Source: Gammaproteobacteria bacterium
GTDB taxonomy: Bacteria > Pseudomonadota > Gammaproteobacteria > SZUA-140
Direction: 5' to 3'
Length of the DNA stretch: 64,000 bases
Assembly (NCBI GenBank): GCA_015491865.1
Contig: WFVD01000004.1
Location: 17,294 to 81,293 of the forward strand
Below, in pieces: positions 55,167 to 64,000 of the stretch; position 1 is the stretch's first letter; each line of letters begins with the position of its first letter. The position numbers were made by a program, and so were the translations under genes. A model generated the notes under the pieces. That model saw only the letters and a program-made list of their open reading frames with translations, was not told where the DNA came from and did no database searches.

Positions 55167-55194
55167 AAAACCCGTCCTGTGAGACGGGTTTTTT
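55167..55194. terminator. Bidirectional intrinsic terminator
   Basis: AAAACCCGTC-CTGTGA-GACGGGTTTTTT between convergent ORFs. Confidence 0.85.
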
Positions 55195-55576
55195 ATGACT
55201 GTAAATTTCTCATATGATCGGCAGTGTTCCATAACGACTGCTTCAGATGATCACGCAACATCGTATCGATTTCCATCTCGTCCAGCGCCTGTGACATACA
55301 GCCCATCCAGGCATCACGCTCGGCCTCACCGATTGCGAAGGGCAGATGGCGAGCACGAAGACGCGGATGGCCATATTTTTCAGTATAGAGCGCAGGGCCA
55401 CCCAACCAACCAGAGAGAAACATAAAAAGTTTTTCCCGTGTCCCATCCAGGTTCGCTGCATGCATCTTGCGAATCCCCCGCGCTTCTGGAAGCGTATCCA
55501 TCAGCTCATAGAAACGGTCTACCAGGCGACGCACCCCCTGCTCGCCACCCAGGCGCTCATAATAGGAAATTTGCAT
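55193..55576 (-). CDS. Group II truncated hemoglobin (trHbO)
   Basis: YERLGG, LVDRFY, FLSGWLGGP.LY, GHPRLRARH, ERDAW, ADHMRN. Confidence 0.93.
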   Translation of the reverse strand: MQISYYERLGGEQGVRRLVDRFYELMDTLPEARGIRKMHAANLDGTREKLFMFLSGWLGGPALYTEKYGHPRLRARHLPFAIGEAERDAWMGCMSQALDEMEIDTMLRDHLKQSLWNTADHMRNLQS

Positions 55577-55659
55577 CGTGCTGTGCTCACATACGGCTAT
55601 TAACAGAACCGTCTATTCTACCTGAAAAACGAACCCAAACGACTTTTTCATCACCAGAC

Positions 55660-55687
55660 AAAAAAAGCCCCGCCAAACTGGCAGGGC
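55660..55687 (-). terminator. Intrinsic terminator after pstS
   Basis: Minus strand GCCCTGCCA-GTT-TGGCGGGGC-TTTTTTT. Confidence 0.85.
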
Positions 55688-55714
55688 CCTTTCAATCAGA
55701 CAAGCTTTTAACCT

Positions 55715-56692
55715 TTAATGTAGTTTTGCCAATTCACGCTCAACTACTTTCGCTGGCAATGGAATATAGCCATCCTTCACCACGACCTCCTGACCAATCT
55801 TTGACAACACCATCTTGAAAAACTCTTTTTCCATTGGCTGAAGTGGTTTGTTTGGGTGCTTGTTGACATAGACGTAAAGGAAACGAGAGAGTGGATATTT
55901 TCCAGCGACAGCCATTTCCGGTGTCGCTGCCACAAATGGCTTCCCAGGCTTTTTAGCCAAAGGCACCGCTTTCACACTGGATGTTTTATAACCAATTCCC
56001 GAGTAACCGATGCCATTGATCGAAGAACTCACCGATTGCACTACTGAGGCAGAACCGGGCTGCTCATTGACGCTATTTTTGAAATCGCCCTTACACAACC
56101 CTTTTTTCTTAAAGTAACCGTAGGTCCCCGACACAGAGTTGCGTCCATACAGCTGAATTTTACGCTTAGCCCAGGCACCAGTCAGACCTAGCTGACCCCA
56201 GCTGGTGATATCTTCTTTCCCCTTGCATTTGCGGGTTGAGGAAAAAATCGCATCAACATCGGCAATGCTCAGCCCCTCAATGGGATTATCTTTATGAACA
56301 TAAACGGCTAGCGCATCAATGGCCACTGGAATTGCATGAGGTTTATAACCGTAGCGTTTTTCAAAGGCCTGAATCTCTTTACCTTTCATCATACGGCTCA
56401 TTGGCCCCATATTAGCGGTCCCTTCAGTCAGTGCAGGTGGCGCGGTTGAGGAGCCAGCTGCCTGAATCTGGATGTTCACGTTTGGGTAAAAACGTTTGTA
56501 TTCTTCAGCCCATAGGGTCATCAGGTTAGCCAGCGTATCTGAACCAACGCTTGAAAGATTGCCAGATACACCACTGGCGCGCTCATAGTCCGGTAAATCT
56601 GGATCCAGTTTAGCACCTGCTGCTACGGCTGAATGAGCTGTGGCTAATGTCATCAGAGCTGACAACACAATTGTTACTGTTTTTAATTTCAT
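55715..56692 (-). CDS. pstS: Phosphate ABC transporter substrate-binding protein
   Basis: Signal peptide, [38 protein letters not shown]; start ATG 56692 with GGGGAG RBS. Confidence 0.93.
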   Translation of the reverse strand: MKLKTVTIVLSALMTLATAHSAVAAGAKLDPDLPDYERASGVSGNLSSVGSDTLANLMTLWAEEYKRFYPNVNIQIQAAGSSTAPPALTEGTANMGPMSRMMKGKEIQAFEKRYGYKPHAIPVAIDALAVYVHKDNPIEGLSIADVDAIFSSTRKCKGKEDITSWGQLGLTGAWAKRKIQLYGRNSVSGTYGYFKKKGLCKGDFKNSVNEQPGSASVVQSVSSSINGIGYSGIGYKTSSVKAVPLAKKPGKPFVAATPEMAVAGKYPLSRFLYVYVNKHPNKPLQPMEKEFFKMVLSKIGQEVVVKDGYIPLPAKVVERELAKLH

Positions 56693-56757
56693 CAATATTT
56701 CTCCCCTGTGGAGTTTAGCCTGCAAATTGAAAAGGTGTTCCAGAATCAGATGCAGCG

Positions 56758-56813
56758 ATTATTGGCCATACAGGTGTCAATGATATGAATAAGCTATGAC
56801 AGTTTCATGACAA
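56758..56813 (-). promoter_or_regulatory. Pho box array and -10 of pstS promoter
   Basis: Four 11-bp-phased heptamers TTGTCAT, CTGTCAT, TATTCAT, TTGACAC, then 10 bp and AATAAT. Confidence 0.85.
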
Positions 56814-56829
56814 TGCACCAGTCGCAAGC

Positions 56830-58143
56830 TTAATAAACGGCTGAACAGCGACGACTGGCCGGAAAATAGCAGCAGAATTCGCTTCCCTTCTCCACCTTGC
56901 TACTAATCTCCATACGAGCATCATGACGGTCTAACACATGCTTGACGATTGCCAGCCCCAGCCCTGTTCCGCCGCTATCGCGCGAACGCCCTGTATCGAT
57001 GCGATAGAAACGCTCTGTCAGGCGCTGAATATGGTGGGGTGCGATACCGATTCCGCCATCCTTCACACAAAAGAGAGTGCCGCCGTCATCCTGCTGCTGG
57101 CATTTTATCACCACTACACCACCAGCCGGTGAGTAACGAATCGCATTGGCTACCAGATTCGAAAACGCACTATGTAGCTCTTTCTCATCGCCCAGCAGCC
57201 AGAGTGAGGGGGTGATGTCGAGTCTAATTTCATGTTGCGAATCACTCAACACAAGGGCCTCATCATAGACTGTCGATAACAGCGCCGACAATGAGACTGG
57301 ATGGTGATCCTGCTGGTGATCGTCCGCCTCTAGTTTTGAGATCATCAAAAGATCATCAACAATATTCTGCATACGCATCGTGTGCTGCTGCATATAGTTT
57401 AATGAGCGACGCCATGTTGCGAGCGTTTCACTGTTATCAGCATCACTGATCGTCTCTAATGTCCCCGAGAGTACCGTTAATGGTGTACGTAGTTCATGCG
57501 AAACATTGGCCACAAAATCCTTACGCATACTCTCCAGCCTCTTTATGCGTGTGATGTCGCGCGCTATCAATAAGTTCTGGTTCTTTCCACCATAGGGGAT
57601 AATATTGACCTCAAGTATCACCGTTTCATCGGCTGGTGATGGTAGCTCCAGGGTACTACTATAATCTCCCTGGGCAAGGTAATGAGAAAAAGCAGGATGG
57701 CGCAACAGGTTAATCAGCCGTTGACCAATATCGTTTGGCGAAGTCAATCCAAGGTAATGTGCAGCGGCACTATTAAACCATTCGATTTCACCCGTTGCAC
57801 GTAACACCACCGCAGCATCAGGCAGTGCAGCGGTCGATTCCCTGAAGCGGCCAATCACATCAGCTAAACGACGCTTGCTTTTACGGTTTCGCTGACGCAT
57901 GCGGTAGATATCGTAATAGAGTTCTCCCCAGACACCTTTACCGATAGGGGGAACGGAAGCCCCACCACTCCGTAACCACTTCTCAAGACGCACCAGATTG
58001 ATCAAATGCCAGGTGATATAACCCAGTGATGCGATCAGAGCCGACAGTATCATATTGCCAGTCAACAACCCCGCCAATAGCGCTAAGAAAGTGACTGTAA
58101 CAAAACGCCAGATTTCATATACCCAGGGATTTAACAACGTCAT
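56830..58143 (-). CDS. phoR: Phosphate regulon sensor kinase
   Basis: DFVANVSHELRTPLTV, NLVANAIRY, RLTERFYR.D..RSR..GGTGLGLAIVKH; adjacent to phoB. Confidence 0.96.
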   Translation of the reverse strand: MTLLNPWVYEIWRFVTVTFLALLAGLLTGNMILSALIASLGYITWHLINLVRLEKWLRSGGASVPPIGKGVWGELYYDIYRMRQRNRKSKRRLADVIGRFRESTAALPDAAVVLRATGEIEWFNSAAAHYLGLTSPNDIGQRLINLLRHPAFSHYLAQGDYSSTLELPSPADETVILEVNIIPYGGKNQNLLIARDITRIKRLESMRKDFVANVSHELRTPLTVLSGTLETISDADNSETLATWRRSLNYMQQHTMRMQNIVDDLLMISKLEADDHQQDHHPVSLSALLSTVYDEALVLSDSQHEIRLDITPSLWLLGDEKELHSAFSNLVANAIRYSPAGGVVVIKCQQQDDGGTLFCVKDGGIGIAPHHIQRLTERFYRIDTGRSRDSGGTGLGLAIVKHVLDRHDARMEISSKVEKGSEFCCYFPASRRCSAVY

Positions 58144-58833
58144 TCAGACCTTTGTTGAAAAGCGATAACCAGCACTGCGTACCGTCTGTACATAGCGTTC
58201 ATGTCCATAGGGCGTTAGTGCCTTGCGTAGCCGGCGAATATGGACATCGACCGTACGCTCTTCAACATAGACATTACTCCCCCAGACGCTGTCGAGCAGT
58301 TGGCCACGACTGTAAACCCGCTCTGGATGTGTCATAAAGAAATGCAGCAGGCGGTACTCTGTTGGGCCAAGTTCAAGCGACTCACCGTTTACCGAAATTC
58401 GGTGGCTTGCCGTATCAAGGAGCAGGTTATCAACCTCAATAATCTCCTGTTCAGCCAGTGGTGCCGCTCTACGCAATACCGCTCTGATCCTGGCAATTAA
58501 TTCACGAGGGGAAAACGGCTTGGTGATATAGTCATCTGCACCGGCATCCAGTCCATAAACCTTATCGGCTTCCTCGCTTTTAGCTGTCAGCATGATGATG
58601 GGGATGTGGCTGGTTAACGCCTCCTTTTTAATGCGGCGTGCAAACTCCACCCCGTTAGTGCCAGGTAACATCCAGTCCAGCAGCACCAGCGCTGGCAGCG
58701 TATCCCGCAGCAGTAGTATCGCCTCTTCAGCATTAGTGGCTTTAACCACGTCAAAATTTTCGCGTGACAGTGCCATCTCAATCATCTCGCTGATTGCTGG
58801 CTCGTCTTCAACTATTAATATCTTTGCTGCCAT
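58144..58833 (-). CDS. phoB: Phosphate regulon response regulator
   Basis: [44 protein letters not shown]. Confidence 0.97.
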   Translation of the reverse strand: MAAKILIVEDEPAISEMIEMALSRENFDVVKATNAEEAILLLRDTLPALVLLDWMLPGTNGVEFARRIKKEALTSHIPIIMLTAKSEEADKVYGLDAGADDYITKPFSPRELIARIRAVLRRAAPLAEQEIIEVDNLLLDTASHRISVNGESLELGPTEYRLLHFFMTHPERVYSRGQLLDSVWGSNVYVEERTVDVHIRRLRKALTPYGHERYVQTVRSAGYRFSTKV

Positions 58834-59132
58834 TGATCGTCCACTCTACCAGGTGCTATTCGTCACTGCCTCGGATCTATGCTAAAACACACTATAAAGC
58901 AGTGCTGAAAAACGGCGCTGTTTATCGATTATACGCGGTTCAATAGCCCTTTTTTGTCTCATTCCACCCTGGAGCAATTGCCTGAGCAAAGCACCGGATT
59001 CGATTAAACTTTAAGCTAGAACAAAATCAATCCAATTTTCCGAAGCAAACAAACGCTGCATCCAGCTCGTGATAACCTTGCAGATAAACTGGGCTGACGT
59101 TTGTCAGCATGAGTTACCTGAGTGCGCTAATA

Positions 59133-59166
59133 ATTAGAACGGATATTTGTTACATTCATATTACAG
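59133..59166 (-). promoter_or_regulatory. Candidate Pho box for phoBR
   Basis: Minus strand CTGTAAT-ATGA-ATGTAAC, 10 bp, TCTAAT. Confidence 0.5.
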
Positions 59167-59372
59167 CAGGCCATTATTTTAACCGCTGCTGCTTATTTCC
59201 TTTGATCATCACCCGCATCATCATGGTAACATCTACGCGCGCTGCCAGTTGGCAATGAGTAACCCCTGCAGCGCCAGGAATATCCAGTCGTGACCTGTAC
59301 AGATCACAAGTGCTGGAGTCTCAATCAATAACAGCCACGACCCCTGGGGAGGAGACAGTACAAAAATTCAGC

Positions 59373-59428
59373 ATGTCATATTTTATTCATATAAACGAAA
59401 CCTGAACGTAAAACAGCCGCCACATAAT
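59373..59428 (+). promoter_or_regulatory. Pho box and -10 of porin promoter
   Basis: ATGTCAT-ATTT-TATTCAT plus two degenerate phased repeats, 10 bp, CATAAT. Confidence 0.7.
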
Positions 59429-59501
59429 CTCCCCCAGTCACGTTACGACGCGGCAATATTAAACAAAGCGATACTAAATTACTCTGTAAGGAAGCCACTC
59501 A

Positions 59502-60575
59502 ATGAAGAAAAAATTGATTGCATTGTCGGTAGCTGCCACCGCGCTGACATCACCATTTGCTGCTAGCGCTGTAGAAGTTGCCGGCGAACAGCTAGAAGTC
59601 TACGGAAAATTACATCTCTCTATCGATGTGAGTGACCGGGATGACCCCACCATCAACAATGATGGCATGAGCATCTCCAGTAACTCTTCACGCCTTGGCT
59701 TTAAGGGCAAGCTGCCACTGGAAAATGGGATGGAAGTGATCTGGCAGGCTGAACAGGAAGTACGCTGGGATGATAGCTCCAGAGGAGACTTTGCTGACCG
59801 TAACAGTTACCTTGGGCTAGCCAGCGGTAATCACAGTCTTCGTGTCGGCATCTACGACACGCCCTTCAAGCTGGTTGCCAGTGACTGGGGGCTGTTTGGT
59901 GATTCGGTCGGCGAACGTCGTGCTGTTCTCGGTGCGGGCTATAGTAGCGGCAACCAGCTCAACGAACGCACAAAGAATTCAGTAATGTACCTTTTCCAGA
60001 ATAAGGCACTGAAGATTCAGGCGATGTATGCAGTAGATCCAGAAGACAACGCTGGGCAGTCGGGTGGGGTCGATGATAACAATAGCAACATGACAAGTGT
60101 CGGCGCATGGTGGAAAGTCAACCAGCTGAAACTCTCTGCTGCTTACGAGAACTGGAAGCAGCATAGCAAGATAGAAGATGGCTCTGCACTGCGTGTTGCG
60201 GCGCTCTATGGCATTGGAAAACATCAACTGGGGGTCATTTACGAAGACATTAACTCTGATACTGTCAACGAATGGAAACGCGCCGCTTACGGTGCGAACT
60301 GGAAATGGAAGTTTGCTGATAAGACCGATCTGCGTGCTCAATACATTATCGTTGATGATGCCGAAAACGTTGCGGATACAGGCACTAGCAAAATCGGCCT
60401 TGGCGTTTTCCACAAACTAGATCAAAAAGCCGTGGTCTATGCCGCTTATGGAGCCACTAACAACGATGCCAATGCCAAATTCCAGGCAGTTGATGGTGGC
60501 CATGGCGACGAGGTTAAAACAGTAGAGGGTGGTAATCCAAACGCCTTCTCTCTGGGAATGGTTTACAAATTCTAA
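59502..60575 (+). CDS. Gram-negative (Neisseria/Omp32-like) outer membrane porin
   Basis: MKKKLIAL signal peptide, VYGKLHLS, SNSSRLGFKG, RNSYLGL, DTPFK, C-terminal GMVYKF. Confidence 0.9.
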   Translation: MKKKLIALSVAATALTSPFAASAVEVAGEQLEVYGKLHLSIDVSDRDDPTINNDGMSISSNSSRLGFKGKLPLENGMEVIWQAEQEVRWDDSSRGDFADRNSYLGLASGNHSLRVGIYDTPFKLVASDWGLFGDSVGERRAVLGAGYSSGNQLNERTKNSVMYLFQNKALKIQAMYAVDPEDNAGQSGGVDDNNSNMTSVGAWWKVNQLKLSAAYENWKQHSKIEDGSALRVAALYGIGKHQLGVIYEDINSDTVNEWKRAAYGANWKWKFADKTDLRAQYIIVDDAENVADTGTSKIGLGVFHKLDQKAVVYAAYGATNNDANAKFQAVDGGHGDEVKTVEGGNPNAFSLGMVYKF

Positions 60576-60592
60576 CCTGATCCTATTTAAAC

Positions 60593-60695
60593 GAGACCTT
60601 TTCAGGAACAGAAATTTTGCTCTCTAAGCGCACGGACCGATTGAATTCGCTTTTAACGACGCCAGAGGGTAAAAAAACAACCGAACAAAGGTCTT
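60593..60695. mobile_element. MITE-like element, internally deleted copy
   Basis: GAGACCTTT...CAAAGGTCTT termini; 60635-60669 is 31/35 identical to 13481-13515. Confidence 0.7.
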
Positions 60696-60798
60696 TCAAT
60701 ACTCCATTTCTTAGTGTGCAACCAGCCAGCCTTCATCTCCCCTATGGTTGCACACTATTTTTATATCATGAGACCTTCACACGCTACAGGCGCTAAAA

Positions 60799-61701
60799 TT
60801 AGTGGCAATCACCAATAGAGCCGACGGTACAGATACGGCCATCTATCCATATCGTTTTATCAAGTTTAGCGCCGCTAAAATTAGCACCTGAGATATTGGC
60901 ACCAGCAAGATCTGCATACGAAAGATCAGCGCCATCAAGCTGAACACCTGAGAGATCCGCCCCCTTTAAGCTAACGCCTACCAGCCTCGCCTGTCGAAGA
61001 TCAGCACCGTTAAGCAGCGTAGCGCTCAGATTAGAAAAAGAGAGCTTCACTCCAACCAGCTGACTTCCTCTCAGATCTGCGCGCATCAGGTTCATATTTT
61101 GCATTGTGGCACCCACCAGATTCGACTGAGCAAGCTGTGCCGCTTCCATCTGACAATTACTCCAGTTAACCTTTGGCGCAGCAGTTACCGTGCAGTCAAT
61201 TGTATCAACCTCTGGCGCTGGCTGTATAAGATAGATCATCACAACCATCGCACTTAATATTGAAAACGCCACCACACCCGCAACGACCTTGCTGGTCTTT
61301 TTTCCTCGTGTTAAACGTGTTTTCTCTGTGATAGATATTTCAGGAGACTCAAGAGCCTTTACCAGAGCGTGTTCAACAAGCTCATCGCCTGCCTCAAGCC
61401 TCCGTTGTTGATTCGGCAGTTCACTGCTAGACGCTAAACGTTGGGCCTCCCACTGTTTCTTTGCCATCAATCGCTGGCGTAACAGCGCATCGTCACTCTC
61501 CTCGAAAAATTGCGCTGGTAATAGCTGAGGAAACTCCGTTGCTAGCCGCCACGCCACCTGGTCGAGGCTCAACTCATCGTTCTTCTTAATCCGTCCCAGC
61601 AGCAGAAAATGGGTGATTTTCTCCTTCGTAAATGGGCCGCGGACAACCTCGCCTCGACGGATATACCACTGCTGCTGATGCTCAGGTGATGTTGGCTTCA
61701 T
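60799..61701 (-). CDS. GYF_2-like domain, TM helix and pentapeptide-repeat protein
   Basis: WYIRRGEVVRGPF N-terminus, one hydrophobic segment, A(D/N)Lxx repeats flanked by Cys pairs. Confidence 0.8.
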   Translation of the reverse strand: MKPTSPEHQQQWYIRRGEVVRGPFTKEKITHFLLLGRIKKNDELSLDQVAWRLATEFPQLLPAQFFEESDDALLRQRLMAKKQWEAQRLASSSELPNQQRRLEAGDELVEHALVKALESPEISITEKTRLTRGKKTSKVVAGVVAFSILSAMVVMIYLIQPAPEVDTIDCTVTAAPKVNWSNCQMEAAQLAQSNLVGATMQNMNLMRADLRGSQLVGVKLSFSNLSATLLNGADLRQARLVGVSLKGADLSGVQLDGADLSYADLAGANISGANFSGAKLDKTIWIDGRICTVGSIGDCH

Positions 61702-61834
61702 AATGACCTACTCTAAAGGAAGCATGCGCGAGTGGTCAATTCCAAAGCGCTGCCGATAACCATATAGACAACAATATTGCCGATCAGGCTACGCCATGGT
61801 ATCAATAACCTCTCATTAAACCTCAGCAAAGCCA

Positions 61835-63298
61835 ATGGAAATCAATAAAAATTCACCAGCAAATCCAGCGCAAGGGAGAACGCAACAGAGTGCGGTGCAA
61901 CTGAAGGCGATTGCCCAGAGCTGGCAAGTTGGGCAACAGCTTAAAGCCGTGGTAGTAGAGACCCCACCGAGCAGTGTTAAGCTACGCGTAGATAATACGT
62001 TAATCCAGGCACCCACCACAAAATTGCATCAACGTGGTGAAATCGTACTACTCACTGTCATTCGCAGTGGCGATAAGCCGGTGTTGCGCCTGCAGGCATC
62101 ACCGCCAGTGGCAACTGAAAAGCTGCAGACCATACAGCAGAATGCGCTAAAGGTGCTACTGCCCAGGCAGACACCGTTAACACCATTGCTGGCGAACCTT
62201 TCGCTGATCTCATCACTGAAGTCGCAACTCGCCGCCCCTTTAACGACCGAGATCAGCAATAGTGTCAAAAAACTCCTGGATAACATCATCCCTGTTGAAA
62301 AGGCTGGCGACCCAAAGGAGCTGCGCCGCGCCATTGCTGATGCCGGCCTGCTGCTGGAAAAGAAGCTCGCCACCCATTCTCAGAATAGTGACAGAGGCAT
62401 ACGACAAAACGCGCTACCCAACTCACCCCCACCGTCTAATCACACACAGTCCTCCTCTCTCTCACGGGACTTCAAAGCAAACCTGCTGCAACTGCTGGAG
62501 GTGCTACGCCAAACACCACCGCGCCAGGAGGGGACAGCAAAGATCCCGCTACCGCTTCAGCCACCCGGTACCAGGATCTCCCCAGGCTCACTTGATAATA
62601 TCAATCAGCCGCGACTCACCACACAATCGGCCAAAGAGAACCTGGTTCGCCTGCTAATAACCCCACCCCCCTCTATTCAAAATGAAGAGGGGAATAATTC
62701 TGCGCTGCCATCAAGACTAACAGAGTTTAGTGCCCTTCTCGGGCGCCTGCCGATACCTTTTTTCCGTCACCTGCCACTCCAACCACAAAAGACACAACTG
62801 CCCACGCTGGCTCTGCTACAACACCGTGATCAGCTCATCGCAGAACTGATTCGACAGGTTGAGGGCTCTATTGCCAGGGTACAGCTGAGCCAACTCGCCT
62901 CATCACCACAAGAGGGGAACACCCCTCCTTCATGGACTTTTGAGCTTCCCCTCCGCAATGGTGAAAACATCGACATTGTGCAGTTACGTATCGAACAGGA
63001 AACATCACAGGGCGATGATGATGAGAAAGAGGCTCGCTGGCGTGTCACATTAACATTAGACTTGCCGAACATCGGCACACTCTATGCCGATATCACCCTG
63101 TTTGGTGAACAGGCCACCACTATCCTCTGGGCTGAAGAATCTGAAACAGCCCAATTAATCGATGACAATTTAATACTGCTGCGCGATGCCCTTGAACAAC
63201 AGAGTATCAAGACGGGTGAGATCAGGTGCCAGCACGGCACGCCACCGACACCACCTCGTCAACAACGACATACCATGCTAGTGGATACTCGAGTATGA
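61835..63298 (+). CDS. FliK-like (hook-length control C-terminal domain) protein
   Basis: Pro/Gln-rich linker, GLLLEKKL, W.FELP, WRVTLTLDLPNIG, ends LVDTRV; coupled to FlhB-C-like gene. Confidence 0.75.
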   Translation: MEINKNSPANPAQGRTQQSAVQLKAIAQSWQVGQQLKAVVVETPPSSVKLRVDNTLIQAPTTKLHQRGEIVLLTVIRSGDKPVLRLQASPPVATEKLQTIQQNALKVLLPRQTPLTPLLANLSLISSLKSQLAAPLTTEISNSVKKLLDNIIPVEKAGDPKELRRAIADAGLLLEKKLATHSQNSDRGIRQNALPNSPPPSNHTQSSSLSRDFKANLLQLLEVLRQTPPRQEGTAKIPLPLQPPGTRISPGSLDNINQPRLTTQSAKENLVRLLITPPPSIQNEEGNNSALPSRLTEFSALLGRLPIPFFRHLPLQPQKTQLPTLALLQHRDQLIAELIRQVEGSIARVQLSQLASSPQEGNTPPSWTFELPLRNGENIDIVQLRIEQETSQGDDDEKEARWRVTLTLDLPNIGTLYADITLFGEQATTILWAEESETAQLIDDNLILLRDALEQQSIKTGEIRCQHGTPPTPPRQQRHTMLVDTRV

Positions 63299-63567
63299 AA
63301 CACGAAGATAAAGCACAGGTCACCACCGTAGCCCTGGTATACGATGGCGAGAACGCCCCAACAGTAACGGCGAAAGGTAGCGGTCATGTTGCAGAGGAGA
63401 TCCTGAGGATTGCCAATGAAAATAACATCCCGCTTCATGAGGACGCTGAACTCGTACAGCTGCTCTCACAACTCTCTCTTGGCGATGAGATTCCCCGCGC
63501 ACTTTATGTGACAATTGCACAGGTGATCGCCTTCGCCTATATCATTTCGGGAAAGCGAACCAGATAA
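63295..63567 (+). CDS. FlhB C-terminal-like (EscU/YscU/HrcU family) small protein
   Basis: ALVYD..APTVTAKG.G.VAEEI, IPLHED, GDEIP..LY..IAQVIAF; ATGA overlap with upstream stop. Confidence 0.88.
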   Translation: MKHEDKAQVTTVALVYDGENAPTVTAKGSGHVAEEILRIANENNIPLHEDAELVQLLSQLSLGDEIPRALYVTIAQVIAFAYIISGKRTR

Positions 63568-63740
63568 AAGAGCTTTTACAGGGATTATCTTCCAGAGACC
63601 TGTAGCCCCGCAATAATTTTAGATAATTGCTAAAAAAAACATCCTCTTGTGCCGCTACTGTTGATGGGGTAGCACACTTTCCATATCGATGTGTGCTTGA
63701 GTAGATGATGAGTTATTTAGGCAATTAATAAAGAACAACC

Positions 63741-64000
63741 ATGGGCGATCAAACTTCTACACCGGCATCGCAATTGCCCGCCAGCGAAGAGAATAGCGCC
63801 GCTGATTTCAGCCAGGAAATAAACCCAACCGATGGCTTACATGCCATGCGCATTGTGATTGCCAATGAAAACAGTAATAGCGCGCTGTTTATCGAAGCCC
63901 TTTTACACCGCAGTGGCTTTAGAAATACAACTATCACCGCGACCAGCCAGGCACTCTTTTCAGTATTAAAAAAATCAGCTCAACAACCGACTCAGGTTGA
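63741..64000 (+). CDS. 5' part of a protein with a receiver-like domain (truncated by window end)
   Basis: My translation from ATG 63741 is open to the end: ...MRIVIANENSNSALFIEALLHRSGF..., resembling REC beta1-alpha1. Confidence 0.55.
   Translation, partial: MGDQTSTPASQLPASEENSAADFSQEINPTDGLHAMRIVIANENSNSALFIEALLHRSGFRNTTITATSQALFSVLKKSAQQPTQV

Overview
Chromosomal window of a flagellated, probably marine/aquatic gammaproteobacterium (inferred from gene content and order). It is mostly housekeeping: dxs-queD-folE2, the glyA-nrdR-ribD-ribE-ribBX-ribH-nusB-thiL-pgpA run, queA-tgt-yajC-secDF, tRNA-Leu(CAA), LysR/leuCD-leuB-asd-fimV, folD, glnS, dbpA, rapA, roxA, ppnN and phoB-phoR-pstS. Interleaved are c-di-GMP genes (GGDEF-EAL, GGEEF, PilZ), a four-gene phosphorelay cluster, two cold-shock genes and several small proteins. 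No CRISPR, prophage, integrase or transposase was seen. Best leads: (1) a full-length GlgB homologue that has lost two of three catalytic carboxylates (candidate glucan-binding pseudoenzyme); (2) a dispersed ~140 bp palindromic MITE-like element with GAGACCTTTG termini (two copies plus two end remnants); (3) an orphan Nif11-type peptide with no RiPP machinery in the window; (4) an unannotated 57-aa Cys-containing small protein with its own RBS and terminator; (5) a classical porin apparently under PhoB control. All calls come from motif recognition by eye; no database search was run.
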